Shown: one piece after another, positions 37,252 through 47,801 of the stretch | How positions within the stretch are numbered: the first letter of the stretch is position 1 | How the letters are laid out: each line of letters starts with the position of its first letter | NCBI GenBank assembly: GCA_030586555.1 | Contig: JAURAC010000005.1 | Span: forward strand, 20,208 to 71,858 | Source of the DNA: Candidatus Subterrananammoxibius californiae | Lineage (GTDB): Bacteria > Planctomycetota > Brocadiia > Brocadiales > Subterrananammoxibiaceae | Direction: 5' to 3' | DNA: 51,651 nucleotides | Program-made: the position numbers and the translations under genes | The notes under the pieces: model-generated | The model's database searches: none | Told to the model about the DNA's origin: nothing | Seen by the model: only the letters and a program-made list of their open reading frames with translations

Positions 37252-39921
37252 ATGTCTGAAAGTTTATTTATAATAGATGGCCATTCTCATTGTTACCAGG
37301 CGTATTATGCAATCCGTGAATTAACAACACCGGATGGACAGCCCATAAATGCAGTTTACGCCTTCACAGGTATGTTGCGAAGGCTGCTGAATGAATATAA
37401 TCCAACACATCTGGTTGTGGTTTTCGATTCTGCAGGACCAACCTTCCGTCACAGGCAATTTGCTGAGTATAAAGCCAATAGGAAGATAACACCTGATGAT
37501 TTTCAATCTCAACTTCCGTTTATATACGAAATAATAAAGGCTTATAATATCCCGGTCTATAGTTATGAAGGATACGAGGCGGACGATGTGATAGGGACAA
37601 TTGCTAAGTGGGCATCTGCCAAGAATATTCCTACGTTTATTGTTAGCGCTGATAAAGACCTTGAACAACTGATTGACCCTTATGTAAATGTTGTTAATAC
37701 AAGGAAGGATAAAATAATTGACCTCGAAACCTTTCAGAAGGAAAAAGGGATAAAACCGGAACAAATGGTTGACGTCCTTGCCCTTGAAGGAGACGATATT
37801 GACAATATTCCAGGTGTACCTGGGATTGGTGAAAAAACGGCACTTGACCTTATTAAAGAATGGGGCTCCCTTGAGGGTGTGCTTGCAAATATAAGCAAAA
37901 TCAAAGACACAAAGAAACAAGAAAATCTAAGAAAGTTTTCACAGCAGGCACAGGTCTCTAAGAGTCTGGCAACTCTACGTGTGGACGCACCTATAGAGTT
38001 TGATTTTGATGCTTGCAAAGTAAATGGAGTTAACGAGGTCGAACTCAAAAGGCTCTTCCAGAAACTCGGATTCAAGTCGTTCCTGGCTCAAATGGTCAGT
38101 AAACCCACTCTGAGAGAGGAGCATGCCAATTATCATCTAATAGATACCTATGAAAAATTCACAGATTTCCTGCCCGAGTTAAAGAAACAGGAAGGATTTG
38201 CCCTTGATTTAGAAACAACAAGCCTCGCACCTGTGGATGCTGAAATAGTTGGTTTGTCATTTTCATGGAAGGAAAAGGAGGCATATTACCTACCGGTAAA
38301 AGCGCCACAAGGGCAAGCATTTCTTGATGTAAAAAAGGTAATTAACGAACTCAAGCCCATATTGGAAAATGTGGAAATTAAGAAAATTGGACAGAATCTA
38401 AAATATGATTTTATGGTTTTGAAAAATTACGGAATAGACTTACAGGGAATAGGCTTTGACTCTATGGTTGCATCTTATCTCCTTAATCCTACAAGGTTAA
38501 GGCATAATTTAGACGACCTTGCCATGGATTTTCTTTCCTATGAGACGATACCAATTATCGAGTTGATTGGGCAGGGGAAAAATCAAATTACAATGGATAA
38601 GGTTCCTGTTGAGAAGGTCTACCCCTACGCATGTCAAGATGCCGACATTGCTTACAGATTAGCGGTGCTTTTGCAGCAAAGGCTTATTGAAAGCGGGATG
38701 TTAGAACTTTTTCAGGACGTAGAGCTTCCCTTAATCAAAGTACTTGGTGAAATGGAATGGAACGGCATTTGCTTAAAAAATGATGTGTTACAAACAATGT
38801 CTTCCCAGCTTACCAGACAGATGAGTGAACTTGAGAAGCACATCTATGAAGTTGCAGGGGAAGAATTTAACATCAATTCACCAAAACAACTAAGCGTAAT
38901 ACTGTTTGATAAACTCGGTTTACCACGTCTGAGGAGAATAAAGACCGGGTCGTCCACAATCTCCACAGTGCTGATGGAACTCGCCAGAAAACACGAACTT
39001 CCTGCGCTGATTATAGAATATCGTCAATTAAGCAAGCTAAAATCCACTTACGTTGATGCACTGCCAACCATGGTTAATAAAAAGACGGGAAAGATACATG
39101 CCTCTTTTAACCAGACCGTCACTGCAACAGGACGATTAAGTAGTAGTGACCCAAATTTGCAAAATATTCCGATAAGGACGGACCTCGGAAAGCAGATTAG
39201 AAGCGCCTTTGTGCCCGCCGAGCAGGGTAATGTATTCCTTGCCGCAGATTACTCTCAGATAGAGCTTCGCATACTTGCACACTTTTCTGGTGACAGGGCG
39301 CTGATTGAGGCTTTCAAGCAAGACAAGGATATACACGCCTCCGTAGCTTCTGAGATATACGGCGTACCGATTAACAATGTTACGCCTGAGATGCGAAGGA
39401 GTGCCAAGGTGGTAAATTTTGGCATTATTTACGGCTTGAGCGCTCAAGGGCTCTCCAGGGATATTGGCATCTCATTTGATGAGGCGGAGAAGTTTATAAA
39501 GGCATACTTTGAACTTTACAAGGATGTCAAGAAGTTTAATGAGCATGTTATCGAGAAGGCTAAGCAACTGGGCTATGTTACTACAATACTTAACAGGAAG
39601 CGTCCAATTTTAGGTCTTGTTTCAGAGGATAGACAGAAAAGAAGCCTAGCAGAACGAACAGCCATTAACACGGTTATTCAGGGCTCAGCCGCAGACCTCA
39701 TAAAAATTGCGATGAATAGAATCTTTGCCTGCCTGAAGCAGGGAGGCTACAAGACAAGAATGCTCCTTCAAATACACGATGAACTCCTTTTTGAAGCGCC
39801 TGAAGCAGAACTTCCATTCTGCAAGGAAATGATTTCAAAAGAAATGAGCAGCGCATTGACATTAAAGGTACCTATCAAGGTAAATATAAGCGTTGGCAAG
39901 AATTGGATGGAAGTGGAATAA
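37252..39921 (+). CDS. polA: DNA polymerase I
   Basis: 5'-3' exonuclease (IDG, EADD, DNIPGVPGIG), 3'-5' exonuclease (DLET), polymerase motifs DYSQIELR and QIHDEL; start re-called at 37252. Confidence 0.97.
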   Translation: MSESLFIIDGHSHCYQAYYAIRELTTPDGQPINAVYAFTGMLRRLLNEYNPTHLVVVFDSAGPTFRHRQFAEYKANRKITPDDFQSQLPFIYEIIKAYNIPVYSYEGYEADDVIGTIAKWASAKNIPTFIVSADKDLEQLIDPYVNVVNTRKDKIIDLETFQKEKGIKPEQMVDVLALEGDDIDNIPGVPGIGEKTALDLIKEWGSLEGVLANISKIKDTKKQENLRKFSQQAQVSKSLATLRVDAPIEFDFDACKVNGVNEVELKRLFQKLGFKSFLAQMVSKPTLREEHANYHLIDTYEKFTDFLPELKKQEGFALDLETTSLAPVDAEIVGLSFSWKEKEAYYLPVKAPQGQAFLDVKKVINELKPILENVEIKKIGQNLKYDFMVLKNYGIDLQGIGFDSMVASYLLNPTRLRHNLDDLAMDFLSYETIPIIELIGQGKNQITMDKVPVEKVYPYACQDADIAYRLAVLLQQRLIESGMLELFQDVELPLIKVLGEMEWNGICLKNDVLQTMSSQLTRQMSELEKHIYEVAGEEFNINSPKQLSVILFDKLGLPRLRRIKTGSSTISTVLMELARKHELPALIIEYRQLSKLKSTYVDALPTMVNKKTGKIHASFNQTVTATGRLSSSDPNLQNIPIRTDLGKQIRSAFVPAEQGNVFLAADYSQIELRILAHFSGDRALIEAFKQDKDIHASVASEIYGVPINNVTPEMRRSAKVVNFGIIYGLSAQGLSRDIGISFDEAEKFIKAYFELYKDVKKFNEHVIEKAKQLGYVTTILNRKRPILGLVSEDRQKRSLAERTAINTVIQGSAADLIKIAMNRIFACLKQGGYKTRMLLQIHDELLFEAPEAELPFCKEMISKEMSSALTLKVPIKVNISVGKNWMEVE

Positions 39922-40534
39922 AAAGGTTAAAATAATAGGCATTACGGGTGGGATTGGAAGTGGCAAAAGCACTGTAGCCAAAATGCTTGAATCCCTCGGA
40001 GGAAGGGTTATTGATGCCGATTTAATTGCCCACAACACCCTTTCGTATGAGGAAGTAAAGGATAAGATTTGTAAACGATGGGGCAAGGGCGTATTCAACC
40101 CGCCTGAGGCGGGTGGGGAAGTTGATAGAAACCTCCTGGCAAAAATTGTATTCTCTACCAGGGAGCAAATAGATGAGTTGAACAAAATTGTACATCCTAT
40201 TGTAATTGATGTAATAAAAGGACAGATTGAAGAAATAGAAAGGGGTGGTAATGTACGAGCAATTGTAATTGACGCAGCACTGCTGGTAGAGTCTAACCTG
40301 GCGAATCTTTGCGACATTATACTCTTTGTTGACGCCACGAACCGAGTAAGGCAAAGGAGGGTCAAAGATGTTCGTAACTGGGAGAGTGCGGAATTGACCA
40401 GAAGGGAAAGGTTCCAGCAGTCACCCACTTTAAAAAAGAAAAACGCGGATTACGTGATTGATAACAATCTTTCAAAAGAAGATACCATCAATCAGGTTGC
40501 TGTGTTCTGGCAAAAGTTTATTTTATCTCAATAA
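39893..40534 (+). CDS. coaE: Dephospho-CoA kinase
   Basis: IGITGGIGSGKS, DAD, L..IVHP, DAALL.E; only a TTG start, overlapping polA. Confidence 0.92.
   Translation: MARIGWKWNKKVKIIGITGGIGSGKSTVAKMLESLGGRVIDADLIAHNTLSYEEVKDKICKRWGKGVFNPPEAGGEVDRNLLAKIVFSTREQIDELNKIVHPIVIDVIKGQIEEIERGGNVRAIVIDAALLVESNLANLCDIILFVDATNRVRQRRVKDVRNWESAELTRRERFQQSPTLKKKNADYVIDNNLSKEDTINQVAVFWQKFILSQ
40099..40113. repeat. 15-bp palindrome copy (in coaE, PPEAG)
   Basis: CCCGCCTGAGGCGGG, compensatory outer pair, extended by A/T. Confidence 0.85.
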
Positions 40535-40559
40535 TTTTTGAACGTATTGGAGGGAAGTT

Positions 40560-41939
40560 ATGGCAGTTTCAAAATCAAGTAAAACAACAAATACTGTAAT
40601 AGAACAGGAAGCAAAACCACAGAAGACAGTAAGTACAGTAGACCAGGAAATAAACGAGAAGTACGAAGAGGTTAAACGGGGAGAAATGCACATCACCGCA
40701 CTGCAGAAGATGACGATAAAGGAGCTGCAGGATACGGCAAAGAAAGAAAATATTAAGGATTATTCAGGCCTTAAAAAGCAGGAGTTAATCTTTAAAATTC
40801 TTAAGGAGCGTGTTAATCAGGATGGATTGATGTATGGAGAAGGCGTAGTGGAGGTATTGCCAGAAGGATTTGGATTCCTGAGGTCACCCGACTACAATTA
40901 TTTGCCGTGCCCGGACGATATCTACATCTCTCCGTCACAAATCCGCAGGTTTGGCATAAGAACAGGAGCAGTCGTTTCTGGTCAAATTCGCCCGCCCAAG
41001 GAGAATGAGAGATATTTTGCACTTCTTCGGGTTGAGGCTATAAACTTTGACAACCCGGAGGTATTGAGTGACAAGGTTGTCTTTGATGACTTAACGCCTC
41101 TTCATCCCACAGAACGCCTCCTGCTCGAAACCACACACGAGGGGCTTGAGATGAGGATAATGGACCTTGTAACCCCAATAGGAAAAGGGCAGAGAGGTTT
41201 GATAGTTGCGCCACCTCGTACTGGTAAAACCGTGCTATTGCAAAAGATAGCAAACAGCATCACCAGTAACCATCCAGAGGTCTATTTAATCATCCTTCTA
41301 ATTGATGAGCGTCCAGAGGAAGTAACGGATATGGAACGCTCCGTTCAGGCAGAGGTAATAAGCTCAACCTTCGATGAACCAGCCAGCCGGCACGTACAGG
41401 TGGCTGAAATGGTAATAGAAAAGGCAAAAAGACTTGTTGAATATGGGAGGGATGTCGTTATCCTGCTCGATTCTATTACCCGATTGGCAAGGGCGTATAA
41501 TACGGAAATACCTCACAGCGGAAAGATACTTTCTGGTGGTGTGGATGCCAGCGCATTGCAGAAACCTAAGAGGTTCTTTGGCGCTGCCAGAAATATTGAG
41601 GAGGGGGGAAGCTTGACCATTATAGCAACAGCCCTTATTGATACTGGAAGCAGAATGGACGAGGTAATCTTTGAGGAGTTTAAGGGCACGGGAAATATGG
41701 AACTTCACCTCGACCGCAGGCTTGCTGATAGAAGACTCTTCCCGGCAATTGACATTACCATGTCTGGAACACGTAAAGAAGAATTGATACTTGACCCTGA
41801 GGAGTTAAAGCGTATCTGGTTACTCAGGAAGGTTTTGAACGAGATGAATCCTGTTGAGTCCCTCGAATTGCTTAAGGCAAAGCTGGCAAAGACCAAGTCA
41901 AATGCAGAGTTTCTTATGGGTATGAACCTCGATAAATAG
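40560..41939 (+). CDS. rho: Transcription termination factor Rho
   Basis: [31 protein letters not shown]. Confidence 0.97.
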   Translation: MAVSKSSKTTNTVIEQEAKPQKTVSTVDQEINEKYEEVKRGEMHITALQKMTIKELQDTAKKENIKDYSGLKKQELIFKILKERVNQDGLMYGEGVVEVLPEGFGFLRSPDYNYLPCPDDIYISPSQIRRFGIRTGAVVSGQIRPPKENERYFALLRVEAINFDNPEVLSDKVVFDDLTPLHPTERLLLETTHEGLEMRIMDLVTPIGKGQRGLIVAPPRTGKTVLLQKIANSITSNHPEVYLIILLIDERPEEVTDMERSVQAEVISSTFDEPASRHVQVAEMVIEKAKRLVEYGRDVVILLDSITRLARAYNTEIPHSGKILSGGVDASALQKPKRFFGAARNIEEGGSLTIIATALIDTGSRMDEVIFEEFKGTGNMELHLDRRLADRRLFPAIDITMSGTRKEELILDPEELKRIWLLRKVLNEMNPVESLELLKAKLAKTKSNAEFLMGMNLDK

Positions 41940-42004
41940 AACTTAAGGTCTATCTCCCTTGCCACCTATTCAAGCCGTATCCTTTTTAAGAAGACGGGCA
42001 GGCA

Positions 42005-43309
42005 TTATTTCATTACGTGCTGGATAAGCACTGGAATACTTGCCTTTTGTGCAGATACTTTATAAGCTTCCTTTATCAACCCTTTTGCTTGAGTACAGGA
42101 TGTTTCGTTTGCATAAAACAACCTTGCCAGGGGCTGGTCTTTAGTAACTTTTGCACCTATTTTTGCTAATACCTCGATACCCACGGAGTAATCAATCTTG
42201 TCGCCAAGTTTTTTACGACCAGCGCCGAGAATGTTTGACGCAATGCCTATCTTAAAGGTATCAATAGAGTGAACGTATCCATCGGTGTCGCATAGCACCT
42301 CGCAACTCTTTTTAGAAATAGCAGTCTCTTTAAATGTCTCTAAAGATGCTGTATCGCCGCCTTGCTTGCTAACTATTGCCTTAAACTTTTCATAGGCTTT
42401 GCCGTTTTGCAACATTTTTCTAAGAGCTTTCTTACCTGCCTCTAAATCAGAATAAATGTCTGCAAGTATTAGCATGTATGCGCCCAGGAGAATCGTTAAC
42501 TCTATCAAATCAGGTGGGCCTTTGCCTTTTAGTGTATCAATACATTCTGCTATTTCAGTAGCATTCCCCACCATTTTACCCAGAGGTTGGTTCATGTCTG
42601 TGATTAACGCAATCGTCGGTTTACCCATGCCTTTACCAATTTCAATCATTGCCTTGGCTAAAGAATGTGCCTTATCGTACTCTTTCATAAAGGCGCCGCT
42701 GCCAGTCTTTACATCGAGTACAAGACCATCAATCCCAGCGACTAATTTCTTTGCCATAATGCTACTAACAATGAGCGGGATACTTTCAACCGTACCTGTA
42801 ACATCCCTGAGGGCATACAATCTGCTTTCGGCTGGCGTGATTGCTTCAGACTGGCTGGCAATACAAACGCCAATGTCTGCAACATTCTCCTTGAATTCGG
42901 CAGTGGAGAGGTTTGTCCTGAATCCAGGGATAGATTCAAGTTTATCTATTGTACCTCCAGTATGCCCAAGTCCCCGTCCAGCAATCATAGGCACCTTGAT
43001 GCCTAATGAAGCTACAAGCGGGGCAAGCACAATGCTGACCTTATCGCCAACCCCGCCTGTACTGTGCTTATCAATCTTCTTTCCAGGGATGGATGATAAA
43101 TCTATGACTTCTCCAGAACACATTATAGCCTCAGTTAACCACACAGTCTCATTAGCTGACATACCCTGAAAATACACTGCCACGAGGAACGCAGACATCT
43201 GGTAGTCAGGTATTTTCTGGTTGGTGTAGTCCTGTATAAGGCAGGAGATTTCTTCCTGGGTGAGTTCTTTACCGTTTCTCTTTTTGCGGATTATATCAAC
43301 GAAGGACAT
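42005..43309 (-). CDS. pdp: Pyrimidine-nucleoside (thymidine) phosphorylase
   Basis: DKHSTGGVGDK, GRGLGHTGGT.DKLESIPG, DVKTGSGAFMK. Confidence 0.95.
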   Translation of the reverse strand: MSFVDIIRKKRNGKELTQEEISCLIQDYTNQKIPDYQMSAFLVAVYFQGMSANETVWLTEAIMCSGEVIDLSSIPGKKIDKHSTGGVGDKVSIVLAPLVASLGIKVPMIAGRGLGHTGGTIDKLESIPGFRTNLSTAEFKENVADIGVCIASQSEAITPAESRLYALRDVTGTVESIPLIVSSIMAKKLVAGIDGLVLDVKTGSGAFMKEYDKAHSLAKAMIEIGKGMGKPTIALITDMNQPLGKMVGNATEIAECIDTLKGKGPPDLIELTILLGAYMLILADIYSDLEAGKKALRKMLQNGKAYEKFKAIVSKQGGDTASLETFKETAISKKSCEVLCDTDGYVHSIDTFKIGIASNILGAGRKKLGDKIDYSVGIEVLAKIGAKVTKDQPLARLFYANETSCTQAKGLIKEAYKVSAQKASIPVLIQHVMK

Positions 43310-43400
43310 AAACATCTTTGTCGTCTATGAAATTTTTTTCCGTAATATCCGCCGAATATTAAGATGTCGAAATCTGATTTAGAAAACATGCCCCTCTCCT

Positions 43401-43817
43401 TTAAACGAAAAAAACTTTAAAATCAAGAACTGCTTTTATAGCTTGAAAGTCTTTCATGTTTTGCGTGTAAAGAATGGCGCCTATGCTTCTGGCAGAGGTT
43501 GCGATTAAGCAGTCGTTCGTTATTGAGGAAGATTTTTTTATGTTATAGCCTTTATAGATTTGAAGTTTTGAAATGACCTCACCTGCACGTTCATAATCCT
43601 TTGTAGAAGGAACTAAAATCCTATCAATACGTCTGAAGAAGTCAAAGAGTTCATTTACAGCTTTTAATGACATCTTTGTTTGTGCACCTGCTCTGAGCTC
43701 CATTAGTACAACCGAAGATAGGTAAACGAGACCATTGGATAGAAAAATATCTTTATATAGATTAGGATTTGAAAATCTATCAATAAAGATATTAGTATCT
43801 ATAAGCTTCTTAAGCAT
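43401..43817 (-). CDS. vapC: PIN-domain toxin (VapC family)
   Basis: IDTNIFI, V..EL..G, ND.LIA..A, T.N..DF. Confidence 0.88.
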   Translation of the reverse strand: MLKKLIDTNIFIDRFSNPNLYKDIFLSNGLVYLSSVVLMELRAGAQTKMSLKAVNELFDFFRRIDRILVPSTKDYERAGEVISKLQIYKGYNIKKSSSITNDCLIATSARSIGAILYTQNMKDFQAIKAVLDFKVFFV

Positions 43818-44004
43818 AGACCTTTTTTATCTTTGTCCCTTTATGTTTTTCAAAGATATGTTCAAGTTCAATTTTACCCGTTGCCATATCCAATGCCTTT
43901 TTAATAGCCTCTACGTCATCTTTAACCTTAAAGATTCTTTTAACCTTCTCTATATCACTCCTTTTAACTTCGATGTGTTCTATTATTACATTCGCCTTTG
44001 GCAT
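43810..44004 (-). CDS. Putative VapB antitoxin
   Basis: Small ORF upstream of and overlapping vapC; GGAGG SD. Confidence 0.65.
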   Translation of the reverse strand: MPKANVIIEHIEVKRSDIEKVKRIFKVKDDVEAIKKALDMATGKIELEHIFEKHKGTKIKKVYA

Positions 44005-44030
44005 TTTATACCCTCCCATTGTTAAAATAT

Positions 44031-44087
44031 TTAGATTATGAGTATGAGATTGGAAATACAGTGGTCAGCAAAGAATCTCAACTTCAT
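44031..44087 (-). pseudogene. Truncated DUF5615 (PIN-like) toxin, 18 codons
   Basis: ATGA-coupled to DUF433; MKLRFFADHCISN resembles the DUF5615 N-terminus, then an early TAA. Confidence 0.7.
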
Positions 44088-44311
44088 GAAACTGAGACCT
44101 CAAATTCTGACAACTCGCGAGCATAATCCAAGCAGGCAGCAATCTGTTCCTTCGTAAGGTCTGGGAACTCCTTTATGATTTCTTCGACAGTGTTACCCGC
44201 CCCTAAATATCCGAGGATAAGGCTAACTGGAATTCTCGTTCCCTCGATTCGTGGCTTACCCCGAAGCACATCAGGCGTGCTTACAATATGTTCTTTCCAA
44301 TTTACTTTCAT
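44084..44311 (-). CDS. DUF433 family antitoxin
   Basis: P....GKP.I.GTRIPV..IL..L..G....EI...FP.L; true start MKVNW follows GGAGG. Confidence 0.9.
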   Translation of the reverse strand: MKVNWKEHIVSTPDVLRGKPRIEGTRIPVSLILGYLGAGNTVEEIIKEFPDLTKEQIAACLDYARELSEFEVSVS

Positions 44312-44335
44312 TTTATCCTCCTTCTGCAATGTGAA

Positions 44336-44365
44336 TATTGACATATAAAGAAATGAATGTCAATA
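44336..44365 (-). promoter_or_regulatory. Promoter/operator palindrome of the DUF433 module
   Basis: TATTGACAT-12-ATGTCAATA; minus strand TTGACA-17-CAATAT. Confidence 0.6.
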
Positions 44366-44452
44366 CGAATTTTGCATTTGTGTAGAATAAGTGTCCTGAA
44401 CTTGATTCAGGATGAAATCTAACTGCAGAACTATAGTTATGGAGAGAAGAAA

Positions 44453-44509
44453 GTAGAGGTTTGATTTATCAAACCCTAATTTATTGGGCACGATAAATCG
44501 CGCCCCTAC
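44453..44509. repeat. GTAG-type REPIN
   Basis: GTAGAGGTTTGATTTATCAAACCC ... GGGCACGATAAATCGCGCCCCTAC. Confidence 0.8.
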
Positions 44510-44553
44510 ATTCTGTTGGTTTAATCGAGGACGATTGAACCGAGGTTGATATA

Positions 44554-45597
44554 TTATTTCGTGAAGAATTCGATAAACTCCCCGTAGCCTTCCTTTTCGA
44601 GGTCCTCCTTCGGGACGAACCTGAGGGCGGCGGAATTGATGCAGTAACGAAGCCCCGTTGGAGGGGGTCCGTCACCGAACACGTGGCCGAGATGCGAATC
44701 CGCCTCTTTGCTTCTTACTTCCGTACGCACCGTGAATAATTTCCTGTCAGATTTTTCGACGATATTTTCCGGGACAAGCGGTTTTGTAAAGCTTGGCCAG
44801 CCCGTCCCCGAGTCGAATTTATCCAACGAGCTGAACAGAGGCTCTCCCGATACGATGTCAACATAGATTCCAGCCCTCTTGTTGTCCCAGTATTCGTTGG
44901 AGAAGGGCGGTTCGGTGCCGTCCTCCTTGGTGACCTTGTATTGCATAGGCGTCAGCCGGTTTTTCAGTTCGCTCATATCCTTGCCCCCTTTTTTTCTCTC
45001 CTTATCCCAAATCTTATCCAAAAACTTATCCCGTCCTGAATGACTTCGATAGGACTTATATTGCAACTGGCTCTTCTTATAGAAGTCCTGGTGATAGTCC
45101 TCGGCAGGGTAGAACGGAACGGCAGGTCTAATCGGGGTTACGACCGGCTTGTCATATTTGCCCGACTTCTCAAGCGCTTCCCTGGACTGCTCCGCCAGCA
45201 TCTTCTGTTCCTCCGAATGATAGAAGATTGCCGTGTGGTAGGATGTTCCTCGGTCAACAAATTGGCCGCCGTCATCGGTGGGGTCAATCTGTTTCCAGAA
45301 GACATCTAAGAGTTTGGCATAGGTTATGATGGTGGGGTCATAAGTGATTTGTACCGCTTCCAAATGACCAGTAGCGCCAGATGAGACCTCTTCATAAGTT
45401 GGGTCTTTTGTTTCTCCGCCTGTGTAGCCGGAGACGACCTCTTTGATGCCCTCGAGCTTTTCAAAAGGCGGTTCCATACACCAGAAACAGCCCCCGGCAA
45501 AGGTTGCCTTTTCAAGCTGGGCCCCTTCCGATAAGCCTGCTGCCATGATGATGCCGGCTGTGATGACCAGAGACCCTATGAGTATTTTCTCCAGCAT
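44554..45597 (-). CDS. msrAB: Exported peptide-methionine sulfoxide reductase, MsrA-MsrB fusion
   Basis: [36 protein letters not shown]-terminal signal peptide. Confidence 0.95.
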   Translation of the reverse strand: MLEKILIGSLVITAGIIMAAGLSEGAQLEKATFAGGCFWCMEPPFEKLEGIKEVVSGYTGGETKDPTYEEVSSGATGHLEAVQITYDPTIITYAKLLDVFWKQIDPTDDGGQFVDRGTSYHTAIFYHSEEQKMLAEQSREALEKSGKYDKPVVTPIRPAVPFYPAEDYHQDFYKKSQLQYKSYRSHSGRDKFLDKIWDKERKKGGKDMSELKNRLTPMQYKVTKEDGTEPPFSNEYWDNKRAGIYVDIVSGEPLFSSLDKFDSGTGWPSFTKPLVPENIVEKSDRKLFTVRTEVRSKEADSHLGHVFGDGPPPTGLRYCINSAALRFVPKEDLEKEGYGEFIEFFTK

Positions 45598-45745
45598 TGT
45601 CGAATCTCCATATCAATAAATTATTTTACTTTTGGCTAACAATGGCGTCATACCATTTTGACTTAAAGGGCTCTGACCCCATGACTCTCTTATTGGTCCA
45701 ATCTTGAAGATAGAACCAGCGGAAAATGGTTGAGCCGCTTTGCAT

Positions 45746-47083
45746 CTATATTCTAAAGGAATTCATTCCTTCCTTATTGAAAGTACCACTGTCATCAAAA
45801 CATTTTACTACTGTTTCACCAAAAGCTCTTGACACTTGCTCTGCTATATCTAAAACATTTTTATTGATAAATTCATCTGAAAGCTCACTCACTATAAATT
45901 TCTGAATAACTTTAAACTTTTGATGATATTTACACAAAGGTGGCCTTTCATGGTCAAGTTGGAAAGGTTCAGGCCATTTGTTTTGTGCATTTTTCCTTCC
46001 AAAGCCACCTAAGGCAAAATCTTTTACATTTACCACACTGATTCGTAAAATAACTTCATCATAATAATCTATCTTCTTATAAAATCGCTCAGCAAAATTT
46101 AATAAGAGCCAAGCATAGCCAACCGTTCTAGTTAAATTCAAAACTGGATTTTTGCTTTCGCGACCATAACTCCAAAAAACTTCATCTGAAATACCACTAT
46201 CAAAAAAACCATTGTTTAAAATTTCAAAGTAATAATTGAACACTTCAGGAGAGCTTGCTTCGCTCCGTGGAAATACATTCGGGAAAACAATCCCGTATAA
46301 ATGTACTCTTTTTCGATGTGTTTCAAATAGTTTGACATGAGAAAACGGAGAAATGCCTTTGGAGTTTTTAACCAACCAATCTAACAAATCTTGCGATGCT
46401 GTGTTGATTCTATTCTCATCTAAATAGCGTGGAATAAATGAATATAATAAAAATGGCTTTTGAATATCTCCAATTTTACCCTGTAAGTCATTAAAAAGTT
46501 TTTTTGAATTTTCGTTGATACCAAAGTTCTCACTGTTCTCATTAAATAAATTCCTTTGCTTTAGGAACTCCTCGAATTTATCTATATTTTTCTTCGAATA
46601 TTCAAACATCTCTCTAACCTCTGCGTGAGTTGCTGGATTTACTGAAGTATTGTGTCTGATGAAGTACGCATTCCTTTCATGAAAAGTAACCATGTGTGGT
46701 TTTTTAACGCTTTCAGGAATGTATAAAAGCATTACGACTTTTTTATTTTCTAATTCAAATATCTTTATTTCATAACGTAGTCTTTCGTTAATATTAGAGA
46801 TCAAAACATTATTGACCCATTCATCAATCTTTTGATTTCCCATCTTTTCTTCTATGCCAGTTATTTTTTCTGGTTTTGCATCTTTCTCTTCGACCCCAAT
46901 AATTAGAAATCCGCCACTTGCATTTGCAAAGCCAGAGACATCTTTGAGAAATTCCTTTTTGTTTTCATCAGAATTTCCTATTTCCTTTTTATACTCAAGG
47001 TGATTATTTTCTCGCTCTTTTCTTTCGTAGATCAAGTTTCTTACGTCTTCAATTGTTATTTTAGAAAAAGGCTTATTGAACAT
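45746..47083 (-). CDS. AlbA_2 (Schlafen-like) domain protein with an uncharacterised C-terminal domain
   Basis: E...LEYK, KDVSGFANASGG.LIIGV.E, PH; AT-rich. Confidence 0.8.
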   Translation of the reverse strand: MFNKPFSKITIEDVRNLIYERKERENNHLEYKKEIGNSDENKKEFLKDVSGFANASGGFLIIGVEEKDAKPEKITGIEEKMGNQKIDEWVNNVLISNINERLRYEIKIFELENKKVVMLLYIPESVKKPHMVTFHERNAYFIRHNTSVNPATHAEVREMFEYSKKNIDKFEEFLKQRNLFNENSENFGINENSKKLFNDLQGKIGDIQKPFLLYSFIPRYLDENRINTASQDLLDWLVKNSKGISPFSHVKLFETHRKRVHLYGIVFPNVFPRSEASSPEVFNYYFEILNNGFFDSGISDEVFWSYGRESKNPVLNLTRTVGYAWLLLNFAERFYKKIDYYDEVILRISVVNVKDFALGGFGRKNAQNKWPEPFQLDHERPPLCKYHQKFKVIQKFIVSELSDEFINKNVLDIAEQVSRAFGETVVKCFDDSGTFNKEGMNSFRI

Positions 47084-47210
47084 ATTCTTAAAAAGGAAAA
47101 AAGAAAAAAACCAGCTTCCCAATGTAATTTTAGCAAAAGCTCTATATGAACTTATAGCAGGGCAGATAGTTTTTTTATCAATCGCTTAATATCCTTTGCT
47201 CCATCTTGTT

Positions 47211-47234
47211 GGTTCAATCGTCCTCGATTGAACC
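47211..47234. repeat. 24-bp palindrome; sister copies at 44518-44541 and 45695-45717
   Basis: GGTTCAATCG-TCCT-CGATTGAACC. Confidence 0.8.
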
Positions 47235-47258
47235 AGCTAAAAAGAGTTTTACTGACGG

Positions 47259-47570
47259 TCAACCTCTTTTTTCTCTTTCCCATAACCTTTTCAAATCCCT
47301 TTTCCCATGGATGAGTCCTAATATTACGATTCGGGATTCTTCAATGCTATAAAGAAGACGATATTCTCTTATAAAAAGTTCACGAATGTTAGGATTGCCG
47401 AGCTCAGGAACGATGCGTCCTCTTTCAGAAAACTCATTAAGTGAACGGCTTGCATCACGAATTTCTTGTATAAATGATGCTGCATAAAAAGCGGAATCTC
47501 TTGCGATATATTCGGCAAGGGATTCGAGGTCAGCAGTAGCTTCATGGGACCATATTACTTTTCGAGCCAT
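47259..47570 (-). CDS. RelE/ParE family toxin
   Basis: WS..A..DL..I..YIA.DS, GR.VPE, RE.....YR..Y, HG.RD. Confidence 0.88.
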   Translation of the reverse strand: MARKVIWSHEATADLESLAEYIARDSAFYAASFIQEIRDASRSLNEFSERGRIVPELGNPNIRELFIREYRLLYSIEESRIVILGLIHGKRDLKRLWEREKRG

Positions 47571-47743
47571 TTTGCCATCTTCTTTTCAACTTCTTCCTGT
47601 GTATAAATGCGCCCTTCTTCAGCATCCTTTAAACCACGCTCAATCTTTTGGAGGACATATAAATGATACTGAATATCCTCCAATGTGCAATCATCTGGCA
47701 AGTGAGTAAGAAGTTTACTAACCTCATATTTTGCTGTTTGCAT
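47555..47743 (-). CDS. Antitoxin paired with the ParE toxin
   Basis: LPDD...EDIQYHLYV..KIE.GL.D..EGR; AAGGAGGT SD 7 nt before the ATG at 47743. Confidence 0.8.
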   Translation of the reverse strand: MQTAKYEVSKLLTHLPDDCTLEDIQYHLYVLQKIERGLKDAEEGRIYTQEEVEKKMAKWLEK

Positions 47744-47769
47744 ACCCATTACCTCCTTCATTAGACTGA

Positions 47770-47801
47770 ATATTGACATATTAAAAAACGAAAGTCAATA
47801 T
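47770..47801 (-). promoter_or_regulatory. Promoter/operator palindrome of the ParE module, homologous to 44336-44365
   Basis: ATATTGAC-16-GTCAATAT; minus strand TTGACT-17-CAATAT. Confidence 0.6.

Noticed and set aside
37575..37584. GAGGCGGA half-sites in polA (also argD 29891, polA 39481)
   Set aside because: Only one arm, and explained by ordinary coding (e.g. EADD, YPPL).
41960..42004. Intrinsic terminator between convergent rho and pdp
   Set aside because: Only a weak imperfect hairpin without a clear U-tract.
42456..43169. Long antisense ORFs (also 26690-27247, 37321-37920, 39862-40428)
   Set aside because: Shadows of well-supported genes on the opposite strand, with no motifs of their own.
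45634..45735. Possible integron attC (minus strand GCTCAAC...GTTAGCC) between the AlbA_2 gene and msrAB
   Set aside because: The R boxes are not properly complementary, L-box spacing is not evident, and there is no integrase in the window.
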